Part shown: in pieces, positions 9,498-20,494 of the stretch
How the letters are laid out: each line of letters starts with the position of its first letter
Numbering within the stretch: the stretch's first letter is position 1
Source of the DNA: an uncultured candidatus Porisulfidus sp.
GTDB taxonomy: Bacteria; Pseudomonadota; Gammaproteobacteria; Poriferisulfidales; Oxydemutatoraceae
Direction of reading: 5' to 3'
Length of the DNA: 64,000 nucleotides
Assembly: GCA_965199685.1 (NCBI GenBank)
Contig: OZ241323.1
Coordinates: 801,940-865,939, forward strand
The notes under the pieces: generated by a model
Database searches by the model: none
Seen by the model: only the letters and a program-made list of their open reading frames with translations
What the model was told of the DNA's origin: nothing
Position numbers and translations under genes: made by a program

Positions 9498-9815
9498 TTG
9501 GGCTTACAGGTGGCTGCACTATCTTGCTTTATTCTGGATAATATGGAAAATATAGAACTTCTAACTAAACACGGAGAAATAACTATGTCGGAATTTGATC
9601 AAGAATTAGATACTTGTGGCTTGAATTGTCCTTTGCCGATATTGCACGCCAAAAAGACTTTGGCGAAGATGGAACAAGGCCAGGTTTTGCATATAATTTC
9701 AACCGACGCAGGTTCGGTTAAAGATTTTGAAGCGTTTTCCAAGCAGACTGGCAACGAATTGCTTGAATCTAAAGAGGAGGGCGGTAAATTTTACTTTTTA
9801 ATGAAAAAAGCATGA
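9498..9815 (+). CDS. TusA-like sulfurtransferase (SirA/TusA family)
   Basis: CPLP motif (LNCPLPILHAKK); the true start is probably an internal Met near 9585. Confidence 0.7.
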   Translation: MGLQVAALSCFILDNMENIELLTKHGEITMSEFDQELDTCGLNCPLPILHAKKTLAKMEQGQVLHIISTDAGSVKDFEAFSKQTGNELLESKEEGGKFYFLMKKA

Positions 9816-9861
9816 TGATTGATTTATCGAGGTGTTTGACTCTTATGCGATGTGAGCGTGC

Positions 9862-11393
<1,532 letters not shown>

Positions 11394-11403
11394 CTAAGCT
11401 GTA

Positions 11404-12186
11404 ATGCAACAGGTCAAGGGCAAGGCACTAAAGAAAGGCATTTTCTTATTGCCTAGTTTGATCACCATAGCTTCTTTGTTTAGTGGTGTCTATGCGATGA
11501 TTATGGCATACGCTGGAGACTACGAGCGTGCTGCGATTTTCGGTTTGCTTTGCGTTCTGCTTGATGGCATAGACGGGAACGTTGCCCGGCTGACCCATAC
11601 CGAGAGTCGTTTCGGTGCCGAACTTGATAGTCTGACCGATGTTGTTGTATTCGGATGTATTCCGGCACTGATTATTTATCAATGGTCGTTGGTTCATATT
11701 AGCGAGACTGGTTGGTTGCTCAGTAAACTAGGCTGGTTGGTGGTCTTTTTCTATATTGCCATGACGGTAATGCGATTGGCACGCTTCAACTCACAGCAAG
11801 ATACCTTGAAGAAATATTTTAGAGGCATGCCGTGCCCGGCAGCGGCAACCTTAATAATGAGCTTTATATGGGTATGGGAAGACATCGGTTATAGCGGTGT
11901 TGAAGCAATAGGTTTAAGCTTTGTTATTTTGCTTTTAAGCGGTATCGCAATGATTAGTAACCTCAGCTACTACAGCATTAAACAATTAGAGATAAGCAGG
12001 GTGTCTTTGACCGGTATATTGGCGGCAGTAAGTCTGCTGATCATAGTCTCTTTAGACATTCCCAAAGTTATCCTTTTTATATCGCTACTATATTTATTTT
12101 CGGGACCCTCTTTGTGGTTATCCAGACTACTCAAGAGACGTCTTGCGTATAAGCGCACACTACCATCCACTCGCTTAGGCAAATAA
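11404..12186 (+). CDS. pssA: CDP-diacylglycerol--serine O-phosphatidyltransferase (CDP-alcohol phosphatidyltransferase family)
   Basis: DGxDGxVAR-type motif (LDGIDGNVARL), polytopic. Confidence 0.85.
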   Translation: MQQVKGKALKKGIFLLPSLITIASLFSGVYAMIMAYAGDYERAAIFGLLCVLLDGIDGNVARLTHTESRFGAELDSLTDVVVFGCIPALIIYQWSLVHISETGWLLSKLGWLVVFFYIAMTVMRLARFNSQQDTLKKYFRGMPCPAAATLIMSFIWVWEDIGYSGVEAIGLSFVILLLSGIAMISNLSYYSIKQLEISRVSLTGILAAVSLLIIVSLDIPKVILFISLLYLFSGPSLWLSRLLKRRLAYKRTLPSTRLGK

Positions 12187-12214
12187 TACTGCCGTTTGTA
12201 ACCGTAATGAGAAA

Positions 12215-12604
12215 ATGAAAATCAAAGGATATCACTATACCGAATGTGGATTGAAAAATGTATATATTGAAGGCTTACCTGTCATCAATGACGACGGTAA
12301 AGAGATAATTCAAATTCCAAATATACAGGAATTACACTGGTTGATTGCCAAGGTTATCTTAGAATCCAAATCTATGAACGGAGATGAAATACGATTTCTA
12401 AGGACAGAGATGGGTTACACTCCTGAGGAGTTGTCAGAACAGTTAAATATGGCTTTAAGAACACTGAAGTCTATAGAAAACGGCAAAACCAAAATTAAAG
12501 AAGAGATAGACCTAAAAATACGCCAATTAGGTTTCTCAATGTTAATAATACCTAAACATCATTTATATAACACCAGTTACAAAGAAGAAAACCGAGGCCA
12601 TTGA
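12215..12604 (+). CDS. XRE-family HTH protein with MqsA/YgiT-like N-terminal domain (orphan antitoxin-like)
   Basis: C-terminal HTH GDEIRFLRTEMGYTPEELSEQLNMALRTLKSIENGK; AT-rich; no toxin partner adjacent. Confidence 0.4.
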   Translation: MKIKGYHYTECGLKNVYIEGLPVINDDGKEIIQIPNIQELHWLIAKVILESKSMNGDEIRFLRTEMGYTPEELSEQLNMALRTLKSIENGKTKIKEEIDLKIRQLGFSMLIIPKHHLYNTSYKEENRGH

Positions 12605-12925
12605 AAAAGTATCCTTGAGCCGTAGGGGAGGGCTAACATGAAGCTGTTGAAAAAGTATCGTCATCACTCAAACGTAACCGCTTGCGCCCTCAAATTTATG
12701 ATAACCAACTGTAGGAGTGGACTCGCATGTCCACCCTACGGTACCGTCCTGCACAAACCCAACCGCTATGCGCCACAAGATTATGGTTTGATAAATTTAT
12801 GGATGAATGTATAAATCGTGCAAATACGTCGCGTTAGGGCAGCATAAAGCCGCCGATTGAGCCAGTAGATCAATCGGCATTTCAATTGTCCGCCCCTACA
12901 AGTAGACATACTTTTTCAATGGCTC
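12601..12925. repeat. Composite MITE-like repeat cluster
   Basis: Modules ttgaaaaagtatc, ccgtaggggagggctaacatg, accgcttgcgcc, gccgattgagccagtagatcaatcggc, actttttcaatgg; overlaps the stop codon of the upstream gene. Confidence 0.7.
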
Positions 12926-12935
12926 TACCCTACGC

Positions 12936-13454
12936 CTACTCGTATAATCTCGGCATCAGTTCAACTAGATTGCACGGACGGGTTCTGTAATCCAGTTGAT
13001 GGCAGATGATTTTGTCCCATGCCTCGCCGCATGCACTAGGTGAACCCGGCAAGCAAAAGAGGTAGGTTGCATTTGCTACACCTGCCAATGCTCGTGACTG
13101 CAAAGTTGAGGTCTTGATTGTCTGGTACGATAAAGCTCTAAAGGTCTCGCCGAAACCTGCGATTTCTTTATCCAGCAATACCGAAATGGCTTCGGGGGTT
13201 CCGTCTCGTCCGGTTACCCCAGTGCCGCCACTACTGATAACGACTTGCACTTGCGCATCGGCAATCCATTGTGAGACCTGTGCGCGGATTTGATAGATGT
13301 CGTCGCGCACGATTTGTCGGTCGTAAACCAGGTGCCCGGCATCGGCAACCCGTTTTTCTAGTATTTGTCCTGAGCGATCGTCGGCAAGCGTGCGGGTATC
13401 GGAAACGGTTAATAAGGTGATATTTAGTGGTATAAAATCTCGTTCTGTGTTCAT
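12936..13454 (-). CDS. moaB: Molybdenum cofactor biosynthesis protein B (MogA/MoaB family)
   Basis: GGTGVTGRDGTPEA and LPGSPSA motifs; start at MNTERDF. Confidence 0.8.
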   Translation of the reverse strand: MNTERDFIPLNITLLTVSDTRTLADDRSGQILEKRVADAGHLVYDRQIVRDDIYQIRAQVSQWIADAQVQVVISSGGTGVTGRDGTPEAISVLLDKEIAGFGETFRALSYQTIKTSTLQSRALAGVANATYLFCLPGSPSACGEAWDKIICHQLDYRTRPCNLVELMPRLYE

Positions 13455-13503
13455 AGTTCTGCTATATTTGTGTATACTATTTATTGGTTTAATCGGAGGC
13501 ACT

Positions 13504-13998
13504 ATGGCCAGCAATACTTCTAATGATATAAACAAACAATTTTATAAGCAAGTTGAAATTTTGGAGCAACCTTTCGATGCTTTTGAAAAAATAAAAGCAT
13601 ATCAGAGGCAAATCTCTGCCGAAAAATCCGGAGCTTTATCGCTATTCGTAGGCACGATGCGTGATTTCAATCATGATAGGGAGGTGCAGAGCATGTGGCT
13701 TGAGCATTATTCGGAGATGACGCATAAATATATTGCAGCGCAGTTGGATGAAGTTCATAGCCGCTATCAAGTCAACGATATCCGTATTGTGCATCGTGTT
13801 GGTATGGTGTATCCGGCAGACACCATCGTGGTTGTTGCGGTTTGGGCGGCGCACCGTAGCGATGCAATTGCAGCAAATCATTATCTCGTTGAACAGCTGA
13901 AATCCAAAGCACCTTTTTGGAAGAAAGAAAAGTTCAAAGATCAAAGCGCGCACTGGGTTGCCGTGAATACGCCCGGTGCGAATATACCCCCACATTAA
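13504..13998 (+). CDS. moaE: Molybdopterin synthase catalytic subunit
   Basis: MoaE signature ...HRVG...VAVWAAHR...PFWKKE; start at MASNTSN. Confidence 0.8.
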   Translation: MASNTSNDINKQFYKQVEILEQPFDAFEKIKAYQRQISAEKSGALSLFVGTMRDFNHDREVQSMWLEHYSEMTHKYIAAQLDEVHSRYQVNDIRIVHRVGMVYPADTIVVVAVWAAHRSDAIAANHYLVEQLKSKAPFWKKEKFKDQSAHWVAVNTPGANIPPH

Positions 13999-14010
13999 AG
14001 GAGATCAAAC

Positions 14011-14595
14011 ATGAAAAACCTCAAACGACTATTGATTATTTATTCACTAATACTGTTTTGCTTACCTGTCAATGCGGCAGATTGGCAATTAAACCGCGAA
14101 CGCTCGTCGATTAGCTATCTCTCTTCCAAGCAAGCGACAGTCGAAACACCGCTGATGTTTGAAAGCAATCTTTTCCGTGAATTCTCAGGAACCATAGACG
14201 GCACGCAAGTTGAACTTGTGGTGGAATTAGATAGTTTGGACACCAAAGTGCCGATTCGTGACGAGCGGGTTGCCGAGCATGTCTTTTTGAGCAAGCAATA
14301 CCCACAAGCGATCGTATCCGCTACTGTAGACGATATTGAACAACTAAGTTATGAGAGCAAACAAATCTCGGCAACACTCACTATGCGTGGTCAAAGCCGT
14401 GACCTGCAAGCCGAAGTAATCATTGAGCGTAGCGACCCTAAAACACTGCGCATACAAACCACCACTCCGGTTCTGGTTGATGCCAACGCTTACGGCATGC
14501 TTGATGGATTTGCAACACTCAAGCAACTGGTTGGGCTGATGCAGATCCCGACGACTATACCAGTCAGCTTACACCTGGTATTTGAAACCAACTGA
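14011..14595 (+). CDS. YceI-like periplasmic polyisoprenoid-binding protein
   Basis: Signal peptide plus YceI domain (NRERSSISY..). Confidence 0.75.
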   Translation: MKNLKRLLIIYSLILFCLPVNAADWQLNRERSSISYLSSKQATVETPLMFESNLFREFSGTIDGTQVELVVELDSLDTKVPIRDERVAEHVFLSKQYPQAIVSATVDDIEQLSYESKQISATLTMRGQSRDLQAEVIIERSDPKTLRIQTTTPVLVDANAYGMLDGFATLKQLVGLMQIPTTIPVSLHLVFETN

Positions 14596-14607
14596 ACCAG
14601 TAATAGA

Positions 14608-15492
14608 ATGGAAATAATCGGCACTAAAAAAATCGCTAAAGAAACCATAAACTTATTTCCTTCTCAGGTTGCATACAACAAACTGGGTGCACCTCATTGT
14701 GTCTTTTTAGGGGATTGCTTAAATGTGCTAAGCCAATCTATTTCTGCCGATAGTGTTGATTTAGTTTTTACTTCTCCACCCTATGCAGACCAACGAAAAA
14801 ATAATTATGGAGGAATTGCTCCGGCTGATTATGTTGATTGGTTTTTACCAAGAGCGAAAGAAATCAAACGAGTTTTAAGGCCGTCAGGTTCTTTTATTCT
14901 GAATATCAAGGAGAAGGTGGTAAACGGGGAGAGACATACCTATGTCTTGGATTTGATTATCGGTATGCGTGAGCAAGGCTGGCAGTGGGTTGAGGAATAT
15001 ATCTGGCATAAAAAAAACTGTTATCCAGGGAAGTGGCCGAATCGATTTAGAGATAGCTGGGAAAGGCTCTTGCATTTTACTCTGTCTAAAAACTTCAAAA
15101 TGAGACAAGAGGCTGTTATGGTTCCTACCGGAGACTGGGCAGAAAACCGCCTAAAGAAATTATCTCAAACTGACAAAAGTCGAGATTTGTCCAAGAATAA
15201 AAATGGATTCGGAAAAAAAGTATCTAATTGGGTCGGGAGAAAACAAGCCTATCCTACGAATGTTATTCATCTTGCTACGGAATGCAATTATAGAGGACAT
15301 CCTGCTACATTTCCTGTGGAATTACCCTCGTGGTTTATAAAGTTATTTACTGATGAGGGAGATATGATTTTAGATCCTTTTGTCGGGTCAGGCACGACAT
15401 CGCTTGCCGCCTTGAATCTAAATCGTTGTTCTATAGGTATTGATATTCATGAAGAATTCTGTTTACTGACCCAAGAGAGACTTCTGAAGTGA
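14608..15492 (+). CDS. Type II DNA methyltransferase, beta-class (N4-cytosine or N6-adenine)
   Basis: Motif IV FTSPPY upstream of motif I DPFVGSGTT; AT-rich; 4-nt overlap with the downstream gene. Confidence 0.8.
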   Translation: MEIIGTKKIAKETINLFPSQVAYNKLGAPHCVFLGDCLNVLSQSISADSVDLVFTSPPYADQRKNNYGGIAPADYVDWFLPRAKEIKRVLRPSGSFILNIKEKVVNGERHTYVLDLIIGMREQGWQWVEEYIWHKKNCYPGKWPNRFRDSWERLLHFTLSKNFKMRQEAVMVPTGDWAENRLKKLSQTDKSRDLSKNKNGFGKKVSNWVGRKQAYPTNVIHLATECNYRGHPATFPVELPSWFIKLFTDEGDMILDPFVGSGTTSLAALNLNRCSIGIDIHEEFCLLTQERLLK

Positions 15493-16238
15493 CGAATCAA
15501 CCGGTATGGTGGAACACTGCTAAAGTAGAGATTGATGACATTATATTTGGCTTTTCTGATGCATTAAAAATCAAGTTGATGAAGCTTGGTGATAATCCGA
15601 TGTCTCTATTAAGCAAAAAGAATCCATTTTTACTGAGGATTAGAAGTACGGAAAATGTAAATACTTTTGCACAGAATATGATTAGAGCATTTTTGTCCTC
15701 CAGCGAGGAAACTAGATTTGGTTCTATTTTTGAGGGGTGTGCAGAAATAGTTTGTAAGTATGGACGAAATGGGCAAAAATCTGGAATTGAAGGCATAGAT
15801 ATTGAGTATTCAGAAAATACTACAAAGCGAGTATTAGTGCAAATTAAATCTGGGAAGAACTGGGGAAATGCGTCGCAGAAAAAGCAATTAAAAAATTATT
15901 TTGAAAAAGCTTCGAAAATTCTTAAGCAAAGTACTTCTATTAAAGATGTACGTTGCATTGAGGGAATTTGTTACGGCAAAAACGAACATAGACACTTTGG
16001 TAATCAAGAACGTATCGTCGGTTCACTCTTTTGGAGTGAAATTTCAGGTTGGGATAATTTATATTTCGCTTTAATGGATATAATCGGTAATCATGCGAGC
16101 AATGGATTACGTGATTTAGAAAACGAAATAATAAAGAAAATCATAGCCTTTATGCAGGATAAAAATTTATTAATTGATGAGGATAAAATTAATTGGAATA
16201 AGCTACTTTACCTTTTAAGTGGAACTGATTGCAGCTAA
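15489..16238 (+). CDS. Putative type II restriction endonuclease (PD-(D/E)XK)
   Basis: Operonic with the methyltransferase (ATGA overlap); candidate catalytic block EGIDIEY...VQIKSG. Confidence 0.5.
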   Translation: MTNQPVWWNTAKVEIDDIIFGFSDALKIKLMKLGDNPMSLLSKKNPFLLRIRSTENVNTFAQNMIRAFLSSSEETRFGSIFEGCAEIVCKYGRNGQKSGIEGIDIEYSENTTKRVLVQIKSGKNWGNASQKKQLKNYFEKASKILKQSTSIKDVRCIEGICYGKNEHRHFGNQERIVGSLFWSEISGWDNLYFALMDIIGNHASNGLRDLENEIIKKIIAFMQDKNLLIDEDKINWNKLLYLLSGTDCS

Positions 16239-16248
16239 TCATTGCATC

Positions 16249-17511
16249 TTATATCAAAGCCTCAAAAGGGATCACGGTGACCGTGTCGCCTGCTGCCACT
16301 TTTGAGGTGTCTTGTGCCAGCACGATAAAGCAATTTGCTTTGCTAACTGAGCTCAATATACCTGAGCCTTGAGAACCTGTTGTGCTTACTTGTAGATCGC
16401 CGTTGTCGGAAACATTGAGTATGCCTCGCTGATATTCGGTTCTGCCGGGGCGTTTGCGTAAATCATTGAGTGTCGTCGCTTTGATCTCAAGGAGTTGTTG
16501 TTCGTCTTCGCCGCTCATTTTTTTGAGTGCCGGTTGCACAAAGATATAGAAGGTTGTCATCACTGATACTGGATTACCGGGCAAACCGAAATAGAGTTTT
16601 TTGCCTATGTTCCCGAAAGCAAGCGGGCGACCGGGCTTCATTGCGATTTTCCAAAAGTTTATTTCCCCCACCGCCTCAAATACTGATTTGGAATAATCGG
16701 CTTCGCCCACCGACACGCCGCCGCTGGTGATAATCACATCGTGATCCGAGGCAGCTTCCTCAAAGGCAGCTTTGAGTGCTTCGGGTTGGTCGCCGACAAT
16801 GCCCAAGTCGGTGACTTCCACGTCGAGTCGTTTGAGCATTGCAAATAGAGTGTAGCGATTGCTGTCGTATATTTCACCTTCTTTTAGCGGAGTTCCAACC
16901 GTGCGCAGTTCATCTCCAGTTGAGAAAAAACAAGTTTTAAGACGGCGATATACTTTGAGTTGTGCGATGCCCAGAGATGCCGCCAAGCCTATATCGGCAG
17001 CGTTCAGTTTTCTGCCTTGTTGCAAGACAACATCACCAATGGCAATATCCTCGCCGGCGCACCGTATATTTTGTGCTTTATGATGCATGTTGCCGTCAAT
17101 CACTATCATGTCTCCATCTTTGACCGTATGCTCTTGTATAACCACGGTATCCGCGCCTTCGGGTATTACCCCACCAGTCATAATGCGTATTGCTTCGCAC
17201 TGCCCAAGCGATTTCCTCGAAGGGTGTCCTGCGAACGCGGTATCTATAACCTTGAACGAAGTGTTGGCATCGGCTTTGAGGTCGGCAAAGCGTATCGCAT
17301 AACCGTCCATTGCCGAGTTGTCATGTCCAGGCACATTGATAGACGACTTCAAGTTTTCAGCAAGGATTCTGTGAAGTGCATCTTTCAATGCCACCAGTTC
17401 GTGATCTTTTATTGGTGTGGCATTGGCTTTGATCGTATGCAGTGCCGCGTCTACGCTTAAACTTTCAGGATCGTAGTCATCGGCACAGCTGGGGGCGGTT
17501 TTGATGGTCAT
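16249..17511 (-). CDS. moeA: Molybdopterin molybdenumtransferase
   Basis: 420 aa; MoeA N/C domains, GGVSVGEAD motif. Confidence 0.9.
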   Translation of the reverse strand: MTIKTAPSCADDYDPESLSVDAALHTIKANATPIKDHELVALKDALHRILAENLKSSINVPGHDNSAMDGYAIRFADLKADANTSFKVIDTAFAGHPSRKSLGQCEAIRIMTGGVIPEGADTVVIQEHTVKDGDMIVIDGNMHHKAQNIRCAGEDIAIGDVVLQQGRKLNAADIGLAASLGIAQLKVYRRLKTCFFSTGDELRTVGTPLKEGEIYDSNRYTLFAMLKRLDVEVTDLGIVGDQPEALKAAFEEAASDHDVIITSGGVSVGEADYSKSVFEAVGEINFWKIAMKPGRPLAFGNIGKKLYFGLPGNPVSVMTTFYIFVQPALKKMSGEDEQQLLEIKATTLNDLRKRPGRTEYQRGILNVSDNGDLQVSTTGSQGSGILSSVSKANCFIVLAQDTSKVAAGDTVTVIPFEALI

Positions 17512-18005
17512 CGTTTTTTAAGCATCACATAAGCTGCCCCGTTGCCACCGTCTTTGGGCATTGCGAACTCATAGGCGAGTATTTCGGGGCTGGCAATCAT
17601 ATACGAGCAGATTGTTATCTTAAGCACTGGTTCTCCTGGTGAAGACAGACCCTTGCCAAAGATTACCAAAAAGTAAGGTATTCTCTCGCTATGGCATTGC
17701 TTGATATGACCAATCAACATCTCAATCGCCGGTGTTTTGGTATAGCCGTGTAGGTCTAGATATGATTTTATTTTTCCGAAATGGTTTCTAAAACGACGCA
17801 GGCTTGCACTATTGGTGCCAGTGCTTTTATAAGATCTAGGTATCGGGTCAATGATGTCAAAAGGAATATTTTCTATATAATAAGCGTTCTGCACAGCTTG
17901 CTGTTGTTTTGAGGCGGCGGAGTGCCTTGATTTATCGCAAGCTAGTGTATTTTTAGAACTTTCGAATAATTCGCTGAAATTTAATTCTTTATCGGACATA
18001 ATCAT
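17508..18005 (-). CDS. Smr-domain protein
   Basis: LDLHGYT...Smr motif near the C-terminus. Confidence 0.7.
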   Translation of the reverse strand: MIMSDKELNFSELFESSKNTLACDKSRHSAASKQQQAVQNAYYIENIPFDIIDPIPRSYKSTGTNSASLRRFRNHFGKIKSYLDLHGYTKTPAIEMLIGHIKQCHSERIPYFLVIFGKGLSSPGEPVLKITICSYMIASPEILAYEFAMPKDGGNGAAYVMLKKR

Positions 18006-18034
18006 TCAAATTTTATAACAAGTTTAAGTTTTAT

Positions 18035-18784
18035 ATGCATATTTTAATCAGCAACGACGATGGCTATTTGAGTCCCGGTACTAGATTACTTTTTGAAGCC
18101 TTAACCGAATTCATGCGAGTGACTGCAGTGACACCAACCCGTAATCGTTCGGCAGCAAGCAACTCTTTGACCTTGAATCGCCCCTTACGCCTTTATAACA
18201 TAAGCAAGGATTACTATGCGGTAGACGGCACACCTACTGATTGTGTGCATCTTGCGCTCACCGGATTACTCAAAGATGTGGCCCCTGACGTGGTGATATC
18301 GGGCATTAACCACGGACCTAATCTAGGCGACGATGTATTATATTCGGGGACCGTTGCAGCGGCAATGGAAGGGCGCTTTTTGGGTTTGCCGGCGATCGCA
18401 ATATCGGCAAACAACACGCAACCCGAATATGTGAGTGATGTGGTGCGTACTGCGTGCGATCTAATCAAACGTCTACTAAAAGATCCTGTGCCTGCCAAAA
18501 TACTCAATGTCAATATTCCCGACCTGCCTTACGAACAAATCGAAGGCATTGAAATTACCCGCTTGGGTGCGCGCCATAAGGCGGAACCAGTGATAGAGAC
18601 CACTGATCCTAAAGGAAATCCTATCTATTGGGTTGGTTCCGCAGGTAGCGAACAAGATGCCGGACCGGGTACCGATTTCCATGCCGTCAATCACAACCGT
18701 GTTTCTATAACGCCTCTGGATGTGGATTTGACTCACCACCAATTACTTGACGAGATGCGCCGCTCGTGGAATCACATAAAATAA
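18035..18784 (+). CDS. surE: 5'/3'-nucleotidase SurE
   Basis: MHILISNDDGY N-terminus; followed by pcm as in E. coli. Confidence 0.9.
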   Translation: MHILISNDDGYLSPGTRLLFEALTEFMRVTAVTPTRNRSAASNSLTLNRPLRLYNISKDYYAVDGTPTDCVHLALTGLLKDVAPDVVISGINHGPNLGDDVLYSGTVAAAMEGRFLGLPAIAISANNTQPEYVSDVVRTACDLIKRLLKDPVPAKILNVNIPDLPYEQIEGIEITRLGARHKAEPVIETTDPKGNPIYWVGSAGSEQDAGPGTDFHAVNHNRVSITPLDVDLTHHQLLDEMRRSWNHIK

Positions 18785-18786
18785 AA

Positions 18787-19443
18787 ATGCAGTCTACTGC
18801 TAAATCTCCTGTTAAAGCGTCAGACTATGCCAAACAGGAATTGATACGAAGTTTACGCAACAAGGGCATAAATGATGAGCGAGTGTTGGAGGCGATGCAC
18901 AATGTACCTCGCCATCTGTTTATAGGGAAAGAATATTCACATCTCGCGTACGAAGATCAATCGTTGCCTATAGACCATCGGCAAACGATTTCTCAGCCTT
19001 ATGTGGTTGCATATATGACGCAGACATTGATGGCACAAGATATAGACACAGTGCTGGAAATAGGCACTGGTTCAGGTTATCAAACTGCTGTTTTGGCACA
19101 ACTGATTCCGCGGGTATTTACGGTAGAGAGAATTTCCGCACTAACACGCCGAGCACGTGCTTTGTTGAAAAAGCTAGGTTACAAAAACATTCATTTCAGA
19201 ACCAGCGACGGTGGTTCAGGGTGGAAACAATTTGCACCGTACCAAGCGATTATCGTGACCGCAGCCGCAACCTCAGTACCAGAAAAACTATATCAGCAAC
19301 TTACTCCCAAAGGTCGGATGGTCATCCCCGTAGGCAGTCAAGGTGGCACACAACAGCTGACGTTGGTGACACCGACAATAAGTGGCCCGAAACTACAGCC
19401 TTTGCTGGGGGTACAATTCGTGCCTTTGATACAAAAACAATGA
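18787..19443 (+). CDS. pcm: Protein-L-isoaspartate O-methyltransferase
   Basis: TISQPYVVAYMTQ, LEIGTGSGYQTAVLA SAM motif. Confidence 0.9.
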   Translation: MQSTAKSPVKASDYAKQELIRSLRNKGINDERVLEAMHNVPRHLFIGKEYSHLAYEDQSLPIDHRQTISQPYVVAYMTQTLMAQDIDTVLEIGTGSGYQTAVLAQLIPRVFTVERISALTRRARALLKKLGYKNIHFRTSDGGSGWKQFAPYQAIIVTAAATSVPEKLYQQLTPKGRMVIPVGSQGGTQQLTLVTPTISGPKLQPLLGVQFVPLIQKQ

Positions 19444-19715
19444 ATAAGGGGCTGTTGAAGAGTAGAACCGCCGTTTGTTGCAGTTGCACAAACGGCGTAA
19501 CATCGTGCAGAACCCTTTGCGCTCGCAAAAACGAAATCGTACATTATTCAATTCATGGAAACCACAACTCAGTGGCGCATAGCGGTTGGAATAGTGCAGA
19601 ACGGTACTTTAGGGAGGGCATGTTAGCCCTCCCCTACAGGTGGTTATCATAAATTCAATGGCGCAAGCGGTTGAGTTTTTACAATGACGATACTTTTTCA
19701 ACAACCCCATAAATG
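19444..19715. repeat. Composite MITE-like repeat with a variant hairpin module (gccgtttgttgca..tgcacaaacggc)
   Basis: Contains tagggagggcatgttagccctcccctac and gatactttttcaacaa modules; ORF 19221..19652 judged spurious. Confidence 0.7.
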
Positions 19716-20288
19716 ATGTTTGCAAAGCTATACCGAAAAACGACTTCGTGGGCACAACGTCCGAATGCACTTAAATATTTATACGGGCTGAGTGTTGCCG
19801 AATCGGTTATTTTTCCCGTGCCGCCGGAGGCATTGATGATACCTATCTGCACGATGCAAGCAAAAAATGCACTACGGATTGCATTTTGGGTCACGATATG
19901 TTCGGTTATTGGTGGTTTGATGGGTTATGCGGTGGGTTATTTTCTATTCAACGAGATAGAACCTTGGATCAAAACAGCCGGCTACTACGCCGCATATAGT
20001 CAATCAGTGGTATTGTTTGATAAATGGGGTGCATGGATTATTTTGGTTGCAGCGTTTAGCCCGATACCTTATAAACTGTTCACGATCAGTGCCGGCGTAT
20101 TAACCCAGAGCCTGCCGATTTTCATACTCGCCTCACTGATAGGTAGAGGTGGGCGATTTTTTCTGGTTGCACTTTTGTTGCGCTATGCCGGTCCGAAGAT
20201 TATGCCTTATCTAGAACAACGTATTGAACTTTTCGGATGGGCAACCGTAGTGATTTTAGCGGTTATAATTTACATCTATTATGTCTAA
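19713..20288 (+). CDS. DedA/YqaA family membrane protein
   Basis: FPVPPEALMIPI DedA motif; 4-5 TM helices. Confidence 0.7.
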   Translation: MMFAKLYRKTTSWAQRPNALKYLYGLSVAESVIFPVPPEALMIPICTMQAKNALRIAFWVTICSVIGGLMGYAVGYFLFNEIEPWIKTAGYYAAYSQSVVLFDKWGAWIILVAAFSPIPYKLFTISAGVLTQSLPIFILASLIGRGGRFFLVALLLRYAGPKIMPYLEQRIELFGWATVVILAVIIYIYYV

Positions 20289-20494
20289 CTGAACCCATAC
20301 TACAATCGGAGTATTTTTGAGGAATTATATCGGAAGTAACATTTTATGCTTGACGACATGTCCCAGTGATGTTACCATTCAGTAAATCAAATATGGAATA
20401 TAATCATGAGCAAAACACCCAACAAATTTTCCTACAAAGGAATGGTGCTTTTGCAAATTGCCGATATGTTTGAAACATAGGAAAAGGTGCAGGA

